Part shown: positions 41,035-52,278 of the stretch, in pieces
How positions within the stretch are numbered: the stretch's first letter is position 1
How the letters are laid out: every line of letters begins with the position of its first letter
Origin: Azolla caroliniana
Lineage: Eukaryota; Plantae; Polypodiophyta
Reading direction: 5' to 3'
Assembly: GCA_043228905.1 (NCBI GenBank)
Contig: JBHGNT010000001.1
Location: 36,890,001 to 36,954,000, forward strand
DNA: 64,000 bases
The notes under the pieces: generated by a model
What the model was told of the DNA's origin: nothing
Seen by the model: only the letters and a program-made list of their open reading frames with translations
The model's database searches: none
Program-made: the position numbers and the translations under genes

Positions 41035-41684
41035 TGTCGTGAAGAAAACCGTCCCTTAGCGCAATCGGTGCATAGCGCACATGAACCGGCTCTTCACGCG
41101 TGCGCGCCCTTAATGTATATAATAGGGAATTAGGTACATAGGTATATCCGGGGTAGTTAGATTCGGTAGGTAGGAAGTAAATGAGGGAGACGGCTCCCTT
41201 CTTGACGAAATAAAGGAAAGGGAGACGCAGGGAGAAGGGATCGCGCGTTGAGGAGGACGAAGTGATGTCGGACCGTAACCGAACGCTTCTCCTCTGTTTG
41301 TTATCTATCGCTCTTCTCTGCAAGTTTTCGGGAGGCTCGCGCTGCTTCGAGGAACGCCCGTGTGCTTCCGGCAGCACCTCCATCCTATCCCCTTTCGTGC
41401 GCAGACGAATAGGCATCGACATCTGTTCACCGGCCTGGTTGGTTGTAACCGCTCACGCGCTCTGTTGTGTATTTGTTATTCGTTAATATACAAACTTTCG
41501 TGTCTCTCTGTCTCTGTGTCCATTCATGTTCTCTGCGTTGACGGGCCATGTCCCTGTGTTTCTTTGCTCATACGTGACCGGTCGTCTCTCTCTCTTTCTC
41601 TTTCCCCTCCTATCACCTGCTCTTCGGTTCAAGACCCCGGTGGTCCCGCCTCGTTTCTCCACGCACGCGCGTAGCAACGTGACA
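41035..41684 (+). repeat. 5' LTR (650 bp)
   Basis: TGTCGTGAAG...AACGTGACA, collinear with 47381-48022. TATA-like TATATAA at ~41116. Confidence 0.96.
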
Positions 41685-41688
41685 TATT

Positions 41689-41706
41689 TGGTGAACCCGA
41701 CGTGAA
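41689..41706 (+). promoter_or_regulatory. Primer-binding site complementary to tRNA-Trp 3' end
   Basis: TGGTGAACCCGACGTGAA is the reverse complement of TTCACGTCGGGTTCACCA, the 3' end of plant cytosolic tRNA-Trp(CCA) as recalled. Confidence 0.85.
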
Positions 41707-41728
41707 ATAGGCGGCAGAGGAACAGAAG

Positions 41729-43810
41729 ATGAGGGGGTTGGATCTTGCAGAGGCCATGGCTTCGGCTGTGGACCGGATAGTGAGCGCGTGTGAGGGCACC
41801 GGCGCCCTTGATAGGGCTATTGAGGAGATCGTCGGTACGATCGGCCGGTTCAGTGGAAAGGATGCCACGAGTTATTTGGCGTCCTACCGGGCGGAGAGGT
41901 TGATGAGGGATATTCCGGAGGAGAGGCGTCTTGCCGGATTCCCTCGAGTGGCGATGTCGAGCATCCATGCGGAGGTGCTCGAGGTCCGGGCGGAGAGCCG
42001 GACCTGGGAGGAGTTCGAAGGACGGCTCCTTGAGAAATACGGGCTGGATGACGCGCTTCGATTTTCGAAGCGGGGCTTCATGGAGTGAGTGGAGTCCCCC
42101 AACAAAGGAAGAAATGCGTCGGTACTCCTCCAAGAGTTTGAGGAACGCTTTGCGCGCCTTTCGGCACTCGATCGGACCGTTCTGGACACAAGTCGTGTCC
42201 TACTGTTTGTCAAATCGGTTGACGCACGGGATCAGGAGCAAGTGGGCTCCTTACTAGAAACCGAAGACGGGCTGACGGCTGACTGGGCCGCGGTAAAAAG
42301 AGTCTGCGGCCGTTTTGACAAACGGTGGGAGTGGGCTGATACAGGGGCGACCGGGGCGGATCCTGTCGCAGCAAGGAATCTCGAACTGATACCGCAGGCG
42401 CGACGGGAAGAGGCCCGAGAGTGGCTCGAAACTGGTTCGGCTTCGACCAGCGTGGTCAGAGGCTCGTCCGGGGGGACAACTTTGGAGGAGTTGACACGGG
42501 CGGTAAAGGATCTCCAGATCGCCCAAGCTCGGAGGGAAGGTGGCGAACAGGCTCGTGACCGACGGCCTCCGGCAGGAAATAGGTGCATGTGGTGCGACGA
42601 GGTCGGCCACATCCGGAAAGACTGCGGGGACTTTGCGGAGGCTTTGAGAAGCCGGGTAGTGTACTTGTGGGAAGGTCAGGTGCACGCCAACGATACCCGG
42701 AGGGCCCTGAACCGAAACGACAGGCGAGGAGGAATGAAAAGGCTGATGGAAGAGGCGGCGACCCGACACACGGAGACCGTCCACTACTCGGCGTCAGCTG
42801 GCATTCGGGTCGGAGGCTGCGAGGCCCGGAAGGAGAGCAAAGCCGGGTTCTGGCCGACGGTGTTGGAAGGCCTCGCCGGTGCCCGACTAAAGAAAGACGA
42901 GGCGGACCGCGCGGAGAAGCGGGTCCAGGGGGTAACCGGGTGGAGTGACCCAGTCGAAGAAAAGACGGATTTCGTAGAAGCAGCTTGCCAGAACTACGAG
43001 GCTCTGGTTGAAGACAAACGGGTAGGTAAAACCGGAGGGGCCGGACCCTCACAAAGATACGAAACCCGATTCGGGCCGAAACGGAACGAGGCCGGTGAGT
43101 CCAATGCCCGGGATAACCACAAGAAGGGCGGATATCGTTTGGGCACGAAGATCGAAAGGACCACGGACCTACGAAAGGTCCTGGAAGAATGAATCGCCAA
43201 GAAGGAGTTCCACGACTCCATCGTAGACTTGGTAAAAAGGAAGAGGTTGTCGACGGAGGCAGAACCGGAAAGGCCGGTGGAGGTGCGGACGACGCACATG
43301 GAGGACATGGCGATGGAAGACGAGTGGGCAAAGAGCCACTATTCAAGGCCACACTGGGCCCGAGCGACCACGGAAACCACGGTGAAGATCGGAGATGTTC
43401 AGGAATCGGTGGTGGCGCTAGTGGACCACGGTTTGGAAATAAACCTGATGTCCATGGACTTCTACAAGAAAGGGAAATGGTCGATCAACACCAAGCACGG
43501 GTGGAAGATACGGGCGGCGACGCGCACCACCGAGGAACTACACGGGGCCTGCCCAAACGCCCGAGTCAAGATCGGCGACGTCGAGATAGACCAGCACTTC
43601 TTTGTGCAGGAGACGTCCTCGTACCCGGTCATACTAGGAGAACCGTACATTATGGCAATGCGGATGGAGACCAAGGTGCTGGACAACGGGTCGGCTTACG
43701 CGAGGGTCAAGAGTCAGAACGGGCGTCATTCGGTCCAGTTCCTGACGGTGCAACCGAACCATGAGCGAAACCGCGAGTCCCTCGGTGGCGATAACCGAGA
43801 GGATTTTTAG
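41729..43810 (+). pseudogene. gag + aspartic protease ORF (one frame, stops at 42086-88 and 43190-92)
   Basis: ORFs 41729, 42089 and 43229 share a frame. CCHC knuckle CMWCDEVGHIRKDC; protease ALVDHGLEINLM...YPVILGEPY. Confidence 0.88.
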
Positions 43811-43865
43811 AGAGGGCTGTCAAGACGTGGGGCCGCGACAGTCCGGACACTCCGGGAAAACCCCA
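43801..43865 (+). promoter_or_regulatory. Candidate -1 programmed ribosomal frameshift signal
   Basis: Heptamer G GAT TTT (43801-43807) just before TAG. 6-nt spacer, then stem GGGCTGTC/GACAGTCC (43814-21/43837-44). Loop TGGGG can pair with CCCCA (43861-65). The -1 frame is open into RT. Confidence 0.7.
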
Positions 43866-46800
43866 GAAATGTACGATAGAGGCGAAACTGAAGAAGCCTA
43901 GTACCATAAGTACGAAGTTTTGTTTCTCCGACAACGGAGGGTGTACGATAGTCGGCGTCATAGGCCGAGAAAAGACAAGGGCGGAAGAGCGACTTCGGGC
44001 GTGCGAAGTTCTCGGGCCCAACGAGGAAATCAACGGAGCCGTGGAGGCGGTCTCCTTCGACGATACCTTGGGAATACTGCGAGAGGTGGTCGGAGAGGGC
44101 CTTAAAGAGGACCAGACGATACCGGTTTATTCAGAAGAGATGTATGAAGTCATCGCGGACTTCAGTCATGGGCTCGAGTTGGATCGGACGGCCCGGGATA
44201 ACACGAAGTACAAGACTGTGGACCGGAAGGTAAGGCCAGTCGCGGCACCCTTACCGGAGGGCAGCGAGTTGCGAATCAAGGGGGTCGCGTCGGACCCCAG
44301 TTTACGTGATCCGGCCTGCATAGGACACACCTTCACCGACAGAACGCTACGGGAGCTCAAAATCGGTGGGGGCGGGTTCCTACTGCCGGCGGAAGAAGAC
44401 CGGTTTCGGAGAATGCTCGGAAGGCACGAGAAAGCCTTCGCATTCTCACCGGAAGAAATCGGGTGCGTAGACCCGACAGTCGTAAAGCCGATGGTGATAT
44501 TCACGGTATCGCATGTGCCGTGGAATCTCAAACCAATTCCGGTACCGAGAGCTCACATCCTAGAGCTGATGGAGCTGTTGAGGCAGAAAATCGATATGGG
44601 CATCCTCGAACCGTCGAGTGCCCCGTACTCAAACCGGTGGTTTACAATACCGAAGAAGAACGGGACGTTGCGCTTCATTCAAGACCTGCAACCGGTCAAC
44701 AGAGTGACCATTCGGAACACAGGAATCGGACCAACGATAGACGAGTTCGCAGAGGCCTTCGCCGAAAGGTCGATCTACTCGGTCGGAGATCTGTACTCAG
44801 GGTACGATCAGTTCCAACTAGCCGTAGAGAGCAGAGACATTACGACGATGCGGACTCCTCTCGGCCTAGTGCGGATGTGTACCCTGCCACAAGGAGGGAC
44901 GAACTCGGTGGCCCACATGGTGAATGCGATGAACAAGGTGCTGAGGGATTGTATCCCGGACATCACCATGCCATTCTTGGACGACATCCTGATCAAGGGA
45001 TGTCCGGTGGAAGAAAAGGACGAAACGATCGGACCGAATGGATGCCGGAAATTCGTGGCGACACACATTGACGACTGCGAGAGGGTGCTGCAGAGGCTAG
45101 AGGACGCGAGGCTCACCTTCTCCGGGGAAAAATCGGCCTTCGGGCAATCAGAGATCATGGTCGTCGGACATCTATGCGGACCGTATGGCCGGAAACCGTC
45201 TCCGGCTAAGGTGGAAGCCATCTCCGCAATGAAGCCCGACTGTAACTCGGTCACGAAGGTACGGAGGTTCTTGGGAGCATGCGCGTTCTACCACATATGG
45301 ATCCCGCATTACGCCCACGTTGCTGAGCCGCTATACGGGTTGCTGAAAAAGGGGCGAAAATTCGAGTGGCGAGATGAGCATACGGAGTCGGTGCGAAAGA
45401 TGAAGGAGGCTCTTGCTGCAGCTCCAGCACTCCGGAAGGCTGTCTACGAGAAAGGCACTCCCGTCTACATAACGGTAGATACGAGTCCGACCGGGATCGG
45501 ATGGGTCGTCAACCAAGAAGATGAGGACGGCATTCGGTTCCCAATCCGATTTGGCGTGAAGGTCCTCAACGAGCGACAGCGAGGATACGCCCAAGTTAAA
45601 CGCGAACTCTGGGGTATCGTTTCGGCGGTGAAGGCCGATAAAGACTATCTGATCGGGACAGAGGTGATTATCGAGACAGACTGCCTGCCGATTCTCGGCA
45701 TGGTTTCCGGATGCGCAACCCCGGACCTGGCAATGCTCAGGTGGATAGCGTACATCAAGTCCCTGGATCCGGAAATACGACACATTTCCGGGAAAGACAA
45801 TGCCATGGCCGACATGCTTTCAAGGGCGCGATTCGACGACGAGGGCGACATGGTTTCGGAGGACGAGGAAGTCGGCGTGGACTTCTCTGAGGCGGGTTAC
45901 GTAACAACCGAGGGAGGGAGCACTCCGGCGCTTAACGATTTCGACGAGAGCAAGTACAACGGGGAGTGGCTGCAGATTGGGGGATTCTTGAGGACGATGA
46001 TGCCGGACGCATCATGGACAAAGAACGAGGCCAACCAGGTCCGGAAGAAAGCATACCGATTCTTTCTCCGGGACGGATACTTATGGAAGCACCCGAAGAA
46101 GAGAAACGGCATCCCGCTCCGAGTAGTGGCGATGAAGGAGGAATAGGAGGAGTTGTTGAAGGCCTACCACGACAACCCCTGGGCTGGACACCGTGGGACG
46201 TGGGTCACATTCGAGAAACTAAAGGGGAAGTACTGGTGGTCGGGACTGTACCGGGACGTGCATCGGTTCGTGACAACTTGTGAGAGCTGTCAGATGCACT
46301 CCATAGTCCGACATCGGGACGAGCTTCATCCTACTTACCCTCCGGCCATCCACTTCAAATGGATGGTAGATTTGGTGACGATGCCGATGGGCGTAGGGCA
46401 GATGCGATATCTGGTGCTGGCTCGGGAGGACCTGACGAACCAGGTGGAAGGCCGAGCCCTGCAGAACAAAACGACCGCGGCCGTGTGTCGGTTCCTGATC
46501 GAGGACGTGATATGTCGGTACGGGTGCGTCGGGAAGATCGTGGCTGACCGCGGGGAGTTGGATGCCGAAGAGGCCGAGGAGTTGTTCGACCGGTTAGGGG
46601 TCAAGCTCTCGCTCACCACAGCGTACAATCCGGAGGCGAACGGGAAGGTGGAGCGCGGACACGGACTGATCGTCAAAGCGCTAGTCCGGGCATGTGGAGG
46701 CCAGGTCGGGAACTGGCCACGGTTGTTACCTTATGCCTTGTGGGCGGATAGGACAACACACAGTTCGATAACAGGGTTCATGCCGTCAGAGCTCATGTTC

Positions 46801-47367
46801 GGACAGAAGCCGATCATGCCAATGGAACAGACGATCTCCTCTTGGGCGACATTGGACTGGAGAGACGAAATGAGCCGGGAAGAACTGCTAGCGGCGCGTA
46901 TACGGCAGCTCGAGCGGAGGCCAGAGGACGTGGAACGAGCGGCGGAGAGACTTCGGACGGTGAGGATGAAGAACAAAGCTAGGATCGACCGAACGCACCG
47001 GCTCCGACCTAAGAAAATCGAGGAAGGCGACTGGGTGCTAATCTACGACAGCAGCCTTGACAACCAGCACCGAGCAACACAGAAGTTTGCGAAGCGGTGG
47101 TTCGGGCCTTATGTGGTAACGAGCGCCAACGACAACGGGACGTATCACCTGGCGGAACTCGACGATACGAGGGTGGCGATACCGGTAGCAGGGAAGCGGA
47201 TCAAAGCGTTCAAGAAACGCCACGACGGCGAACCGGATCTAAGAGGCCTGGACAGCGACGGCGAACAGTCCGAAGCGGAGGACGAACCGATGGACGAAGA
47301 ATCGGAACCCGGACCAGTTTTCTCCAACCAGAACCCAATTTTGGCACATACCGGTGGATGTGTGGTT

Positions 47368-47380
47368 AGGTGGGGGCGGA
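47368..47380 (+). promoter_or_regulatory. Polypurine tract
   Basis: AGGTGGGGGCGGA abutting the 3' LTR. Confidence 0.75.
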
Positions 47381-48022
47381 TGTCATGAAGAAAACCATCC
47401 CTTAGCGCAATTGGTGCATAGCGCACGTGAACCGGCTCTTCACGCGTGCGCGCCCTTAATGTATATAATAGGGAATTAGGTACATAGGTATGTCCGGGGT
47501 AGTTAGATTCGGTAGGTAGGAAGTAAATGAGGGAGACGGCTCCCTTCTTGACGATGTAAAGGAAAGGGAGACGCAGGGAGAAGGGATCGCGCATTGAGGA
47601 GGACGAAGTGTTGTCGGACCGGAACCGAACGCTTCTCCTCTGTTTGTTATCTATCGCTCTTCTCTGCAGGTTTTCGAGAGGCTCCCGGTCCATCGAGGAA
47701 CGCCCCTGTGCTTCCGGCAGCACCTCCATCCTATCCCCTTTCGTGCGCAGACGAACAGGCATCGGCATCTGTTCGCCGGCCTGGTCGGTTGTAACCGCTC
47801 GCGCGCTCTGTTGTGTATTTGTTATTCGTTAATATACAAACTTTCGTGTCTCTGTGTCCATTCGTGTTCTCTGCGTTGACGGGCCGTGTCCCTGTGTTTC
47901 TTTGCTCATATGTGTCCGGTTGTCTCTCTCTCTTTCTCTTTCCCCTCCTATCACCTGCTCTTCGGTTCAAGACCTAGGTGGTCCCGCCTCGTTTCTCCAC
48001 GCACGCGCGTAGCAACGTGACA
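47381..48022 (+). repeat. 3' LTR (642 bp)
   Basis: TGTCATGAAG...AACGTGACA. About 30 differences from the 5' LTR by eye. Confidence 0.96.
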
Positions 48023-49374
48023 GCGTGAATGCTTGTACTACCCCATCATGGCGCCTAACAACCTTTTGCATCACATATCTAAATGATGCAAGAATATTGT
48101 TGAGCATGTATTGTCGCCCTTCTATTGATGACAACAATCTAGATTGATATGGACAGTTATTTCCACGAATGTGCAATAGCACCAAAATGCTAATTGCAAA
48201 TAGTGTATGTTATTGGAATGGCATCAATTATTCTCGATGTAAAAAAACAATATGGAAAATAGTATCATTGACCATATGTTATTGTTAGACATTATCTTGG
48301 CTCTATACCTAAATTTTTTGGGTTGGCCAATGAATTCCAATGTCAAATCATAGGACTATATGTATCTTAAATATATATGACAATGTAGACAGCCGAAATC
48401 ATCCAACGAGACAAATCATGAATACAAATATTGGGGGAGTTCATGTCATCTATTCTAAAACAAAAATAAAAGCTCAAATTTTCCTAAGGATCCATGAACT
48501 TTATTTGAATGCATATGGTGGAATGATTTTCGAGATGGTTTGCAAACATGACATGCATAAGATGCATCTATGTCTTCATGTGAATCAAACATGATGAGCA
48601 ATTATCTCCAGAATTTGGTGACGGTATGGCTCGTGTGCCTTATACCCTAACGCTGACATTCTCCTTTGTTGTTGACTCCTCAACTTGTTATAAAAGAGGT
48701 AAAGAGATATGGAATAAGTTTGTGGATAGATGGCTAGTAGACAAAGAGTGAGGTGTTTTATTATAAGTTAAATATGACCAAAGGAACCAAAGGGAAACAC
48801 TTTTAAATAGTATAACCATGATCATCCTTCCCTTCGAACAACATTTGTGTTGTCCCTCAAGTAACTTTGGTTATTCCTATATCTACATCCTCTTGTATGA
48901 TCCCTCGCTTCCCCAATGAAATAACTCATACACACCAACTTCCATGATAAATGATTTTGTACCAAATCCACTCTCCCTAACTTTTAAGGTTTCTTTTGGT
49001 GTCCTTTGGTAATCTCAAATATTCCAAATTTCAATTTAGCAATAGCATTTTTTTCATTTTCGGTTGATTAAGAGTATAATTGCAGCTTATTTGGTCAATA
49101 GTGGTCATGTGAAGATGCACTTTAATGAACCTGAAATCCTTACTCATGATGAGAAATATAGATGATGATTTTTCAATGTCAAACTCGCCTATGATGAAAT
49201 AAATAAATAAAATACATGTTACGGAATGAATTTGCATACAGGTAATCCTTGGGCTGCAGTTATGAGAGAAAAGAGTTTTAACCATTTTGAAGACATCTTT
49301 TTCTTTATTGAGTAATATCAAATTATTCAAACCAGGGTCCCCAAGAACATAAAGAAACAATTAATTTTTTGGCT

Positions 49375-52278
49375 TTAATATTTTCCATGCGGCGGGTATC
49401 CATATGGAGGGGGCTGTGGTTGATTCTGCACTGGAGTTCCATATGCCGGAGGAGGTTGATTATAAATTATTGGTCCATATGTTGGAGGATAGGGTTGGGG
49501 AGCATAAGGCTGATCGTATATTGGTCCTCCAGGTGGATAGCCAACTCCAGGAGGGATAGGCTGATCTAATCTCGACATTTGTTGCTGGACCGGCGCACTC
49601 ATTGGTCCGAACTTCCCATCCCGCTTGTCGAGTTCGACCTTATGTTGTGTCTATACAATCATTACAAACTCCATTGTTAAGAGTCTTGTATATAGCCTCG
49701 TTTCGTATGATAAAATAATTGAGACAATTGTAGCTATGAGGGAACATACCTGCATGCATGCACAAACACTGCAAAGAAACCAAATCCCAGTTAAAAATCC
49801 TCAAAATGAAAAATGCTTCACAAGTATATTGTGATAATAAAGTTGTTAATTCCACTCACTAGTAAGGGAAACATATTATCAAATTACAAACAAATGGTTA
49901 TCAAGCTGGCCAAAAGCTCGTGGGAGTGTATTGGGTTCAAAAAGGTTGAGAATGGACACTCTTATCAGGAGGTAACAACCATAAATGAAAGACTTTCATC
50001 TGCCTAAACTATGTAGATGGTTATGATCATGTGTTGGACGAATCTTGTGGGAAAATACTTGCCATTTTATGTTCACGTAGAATGTTACGCCCCATCAGAG
50101 GACCCTATACAACCATGGTTCAAAACTCTACTATTTCTTTCAAAGGCAAAATCTATAGAGAGAATAAGAACATATCTCGACTAATTTATTTCTCTTTAAG
50201 AGAAAAAAAAACTATATCCAGACACACACCTGCAGTATACAACATCCGATAAACAAGTCAATATCTGTGATGCTTCCTGAAGTTCTCCACCGCCAGCAAT
50301 TGCAGCCACAATCGAAAATATGCAAGCCACTTGTTGCAAACAGAACATGAATCCCTGGAAAAGATGAATTTGTGTGCATATTTCCTTAGCATCAAATGCC
50401 CTTTCGGAGATTTCACATAAGGGGAAATCATTTCTGTTATAAAGTGGAAAACAAAAGTGGGTTTTGTGGCTCATTTAAAAGTACAGGAAACTCACAATGA
50501 TGCAGTTGTCGCATTTTGTTGTCTGTATGTTGAACTCATCTTGCAACAAGAACCTCGTAGATTGCACCGAATTGGCAAAGCAACACAGTACCTAAGCATC
50601 ACAAGCTCTATGTGCATATATGTTTGGGAGAAACAAAAACTCTGCATTCATTCCGGTCTTATCTCTGAGGTTTCCTCATTGGATCCTCGAGCCTAGGGTG
50701 AAGAACAGCCATGTTTACAAAAAAAAATTGGAGGTGATAGCATTATTATATTGGAGAAGAACCAATAATAACTGTAAGATGTCCTAGGACATCCTTCACC
50801 AAAGACAGTATTATGGTTCACCAAATGGAGCATTTCAAAGTAAATGGTACCATGATTGTGGTACAAGAAAACTAGTGGAAAACATGGGTTTCATAAAGAA
50901 AACTACTGAAATAAACATGGATTCCATGGATCCCCTTTGATTCCTCTTGACTAGATCAGTCTAGGAAATTCAGGTGATCCAGAATATACACATATTATAC
51001 TAACTTAGGGGCTTATATATTTAGCACACTATACTAGCTCAATGTTGTATATTTTAATAAAGGATTCACTTACCTCAGTGCCTAGGCAGAACTCGGGACA
51101 TTCTCTTTCACCACAGTTTCCACTGCAAGGCAGGTATCCTGCACAGCAGACATACCTACAATTTACACATAGTGGAACCATGTTAGAAGTATGTCTGTGC
51201 ATATATATATGCATATTTCTGGCAACTATAGTACATAGTCTAGGCATGTGAATCATAAGCTCATTATAACAAAATGAAGAACAAAAACTCACCTGTTCAT
51301 GTCATCATAGAGAGCGCGTTTCCGCAGGAGATATGATGCACAGGGCGCACTGTGTAAAGATCAACTAATGAATTATTTAAGGGTATGACAAATAGGTGTT
51401 TGATTGATCTCGAGATGTCTGATTTGCAAGCAATGGAATTCACATGGAAAGAAGGTTTAATTAAAATTCGTGTAGGTATATATTGATAAGTTATACATTG
51501 TTTCATCACATTAACTATTAAATGTGTTTATATGTAGATGGTATAGGGATTATTGTCAAGAATCTTTCCCGGACAGAATGGTGGGGAAGAGTAAAACCAG
51601 AGGCCCATTCTGAATCCAGGGGTAGAAAAGAGAGTCATTTTCAGCAGTCACTGTGGTCGTGAATCCAAAAAATATTCCTCTGTATATTCCAGAAAAAGAT
51701 TCCAAGTTTTTGTTCCCAGCCATCAAGGAAAACTAGAGATGGAGGCATATAGCATTTACTGATTAAGGAGTTTATCTGAAATCCCTTGTTAAATTCTCCA
51801 ATAATAGGTGGTATCAAAATGTTGGTTTTCCCTCAAATGAACGTTGAATTCAATGACTGGGGTACACACAACCCAGCCATCGACAGATGTGGGAACAATT
51901 ATACAGCATCATATTTAGAGGAAACCAAATGTACGCACTCTATAAGCAGACAGAACACTTACCACCAAAGAGCAAAGCAGAAATCTGTGACATGAAAGAG
52001 CAAAGCAAAGTATTAATTATTCTCTCTATATATATGACATATTCACATGTATGTATATATGACATTCATATATATTTGTGCAAGACACATACACATATAT
52101 GCATATGTATGTATGTATGTATGTATGAATGTGCACAAATATGGATGCAAAAATTCTGTAAAAAGATATGAGAATCACATGGAAGGTCGGCGGAGGGCGT
52201 ATCGAGGAGCTCAGCATGCCACACGTTGCTAAAGTTCTGCCGGGCTTGCATTTTCTGCACAAGGTCTTGTCTCGCCAT
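49375..52278 (-). CDS. PLAC8-family Cys-rich protein with Pro/Tyr/Gly-rich C-terminus, ~7 exons
   Basis: MARQDLVQKMQARQNFSNVWHAELLDTP, micro-exon FCFALW (~51963-51984), APCASYLLRKRALYDDM, YVCCAGYLPCSGNCGERECPEFCLGTE, RFLLQDEFNIQTTKCDNCI, GFMFCLQQVACIFSIVA, QQQMSRLDQPIPP. Confidence 0.88.

Larger units (their letters stand above)
43801..47388 (+). pseudogene. RT-RNase H-integrase ORF (-1 frame relative to gag-PR; stop at 46144-46)
   Basis: RT: YSNRWF..KKNGTLRFIQDL, LPQG, FLDD. RNase H: VDTS, RE, ETD. Integrase: HDNPWAGH..CESC, MVDL, ADRG, NGKVERGH, WFGPY. No chromodomain. Confidence 0.92.
41035..48022 (+). mobile_element. Full-length Ty3/gypsy LTR retrotransposon, non-chromovirus, inactivated by three in-frame stops
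   Basis: Paired LTRs TGTC...GACA, PBS, PPT and gag-PR-RT-RH-INT order. Markedly GC-richer than flanks. Flanking 4-mers GCAT/GCGT. Confidence 0.97.

Noticed and set aside
42086-46146. Programmed readthrough at gypsy in-frame stops
   Set aside because: The stops lie inside coding domains and are one transition from sense codons; decay is more parsimonious.
41483-47970. Long antisense and alternate-frame ORFs in the gypsy element (e.g. 42456-43352, 298 aa) and LTR ORFs
   Set aside because: Expected from high GC and stop-poor shadow frames; Pro/Arg/Ser-rich with no motifs.
41035-48022. Bacterial or fungal contamination explaining the GC-rich block
   Set aside because: The GC shift coincides with the LTR termini, a near-TSD is present and the PBS matches a plant tRNA.
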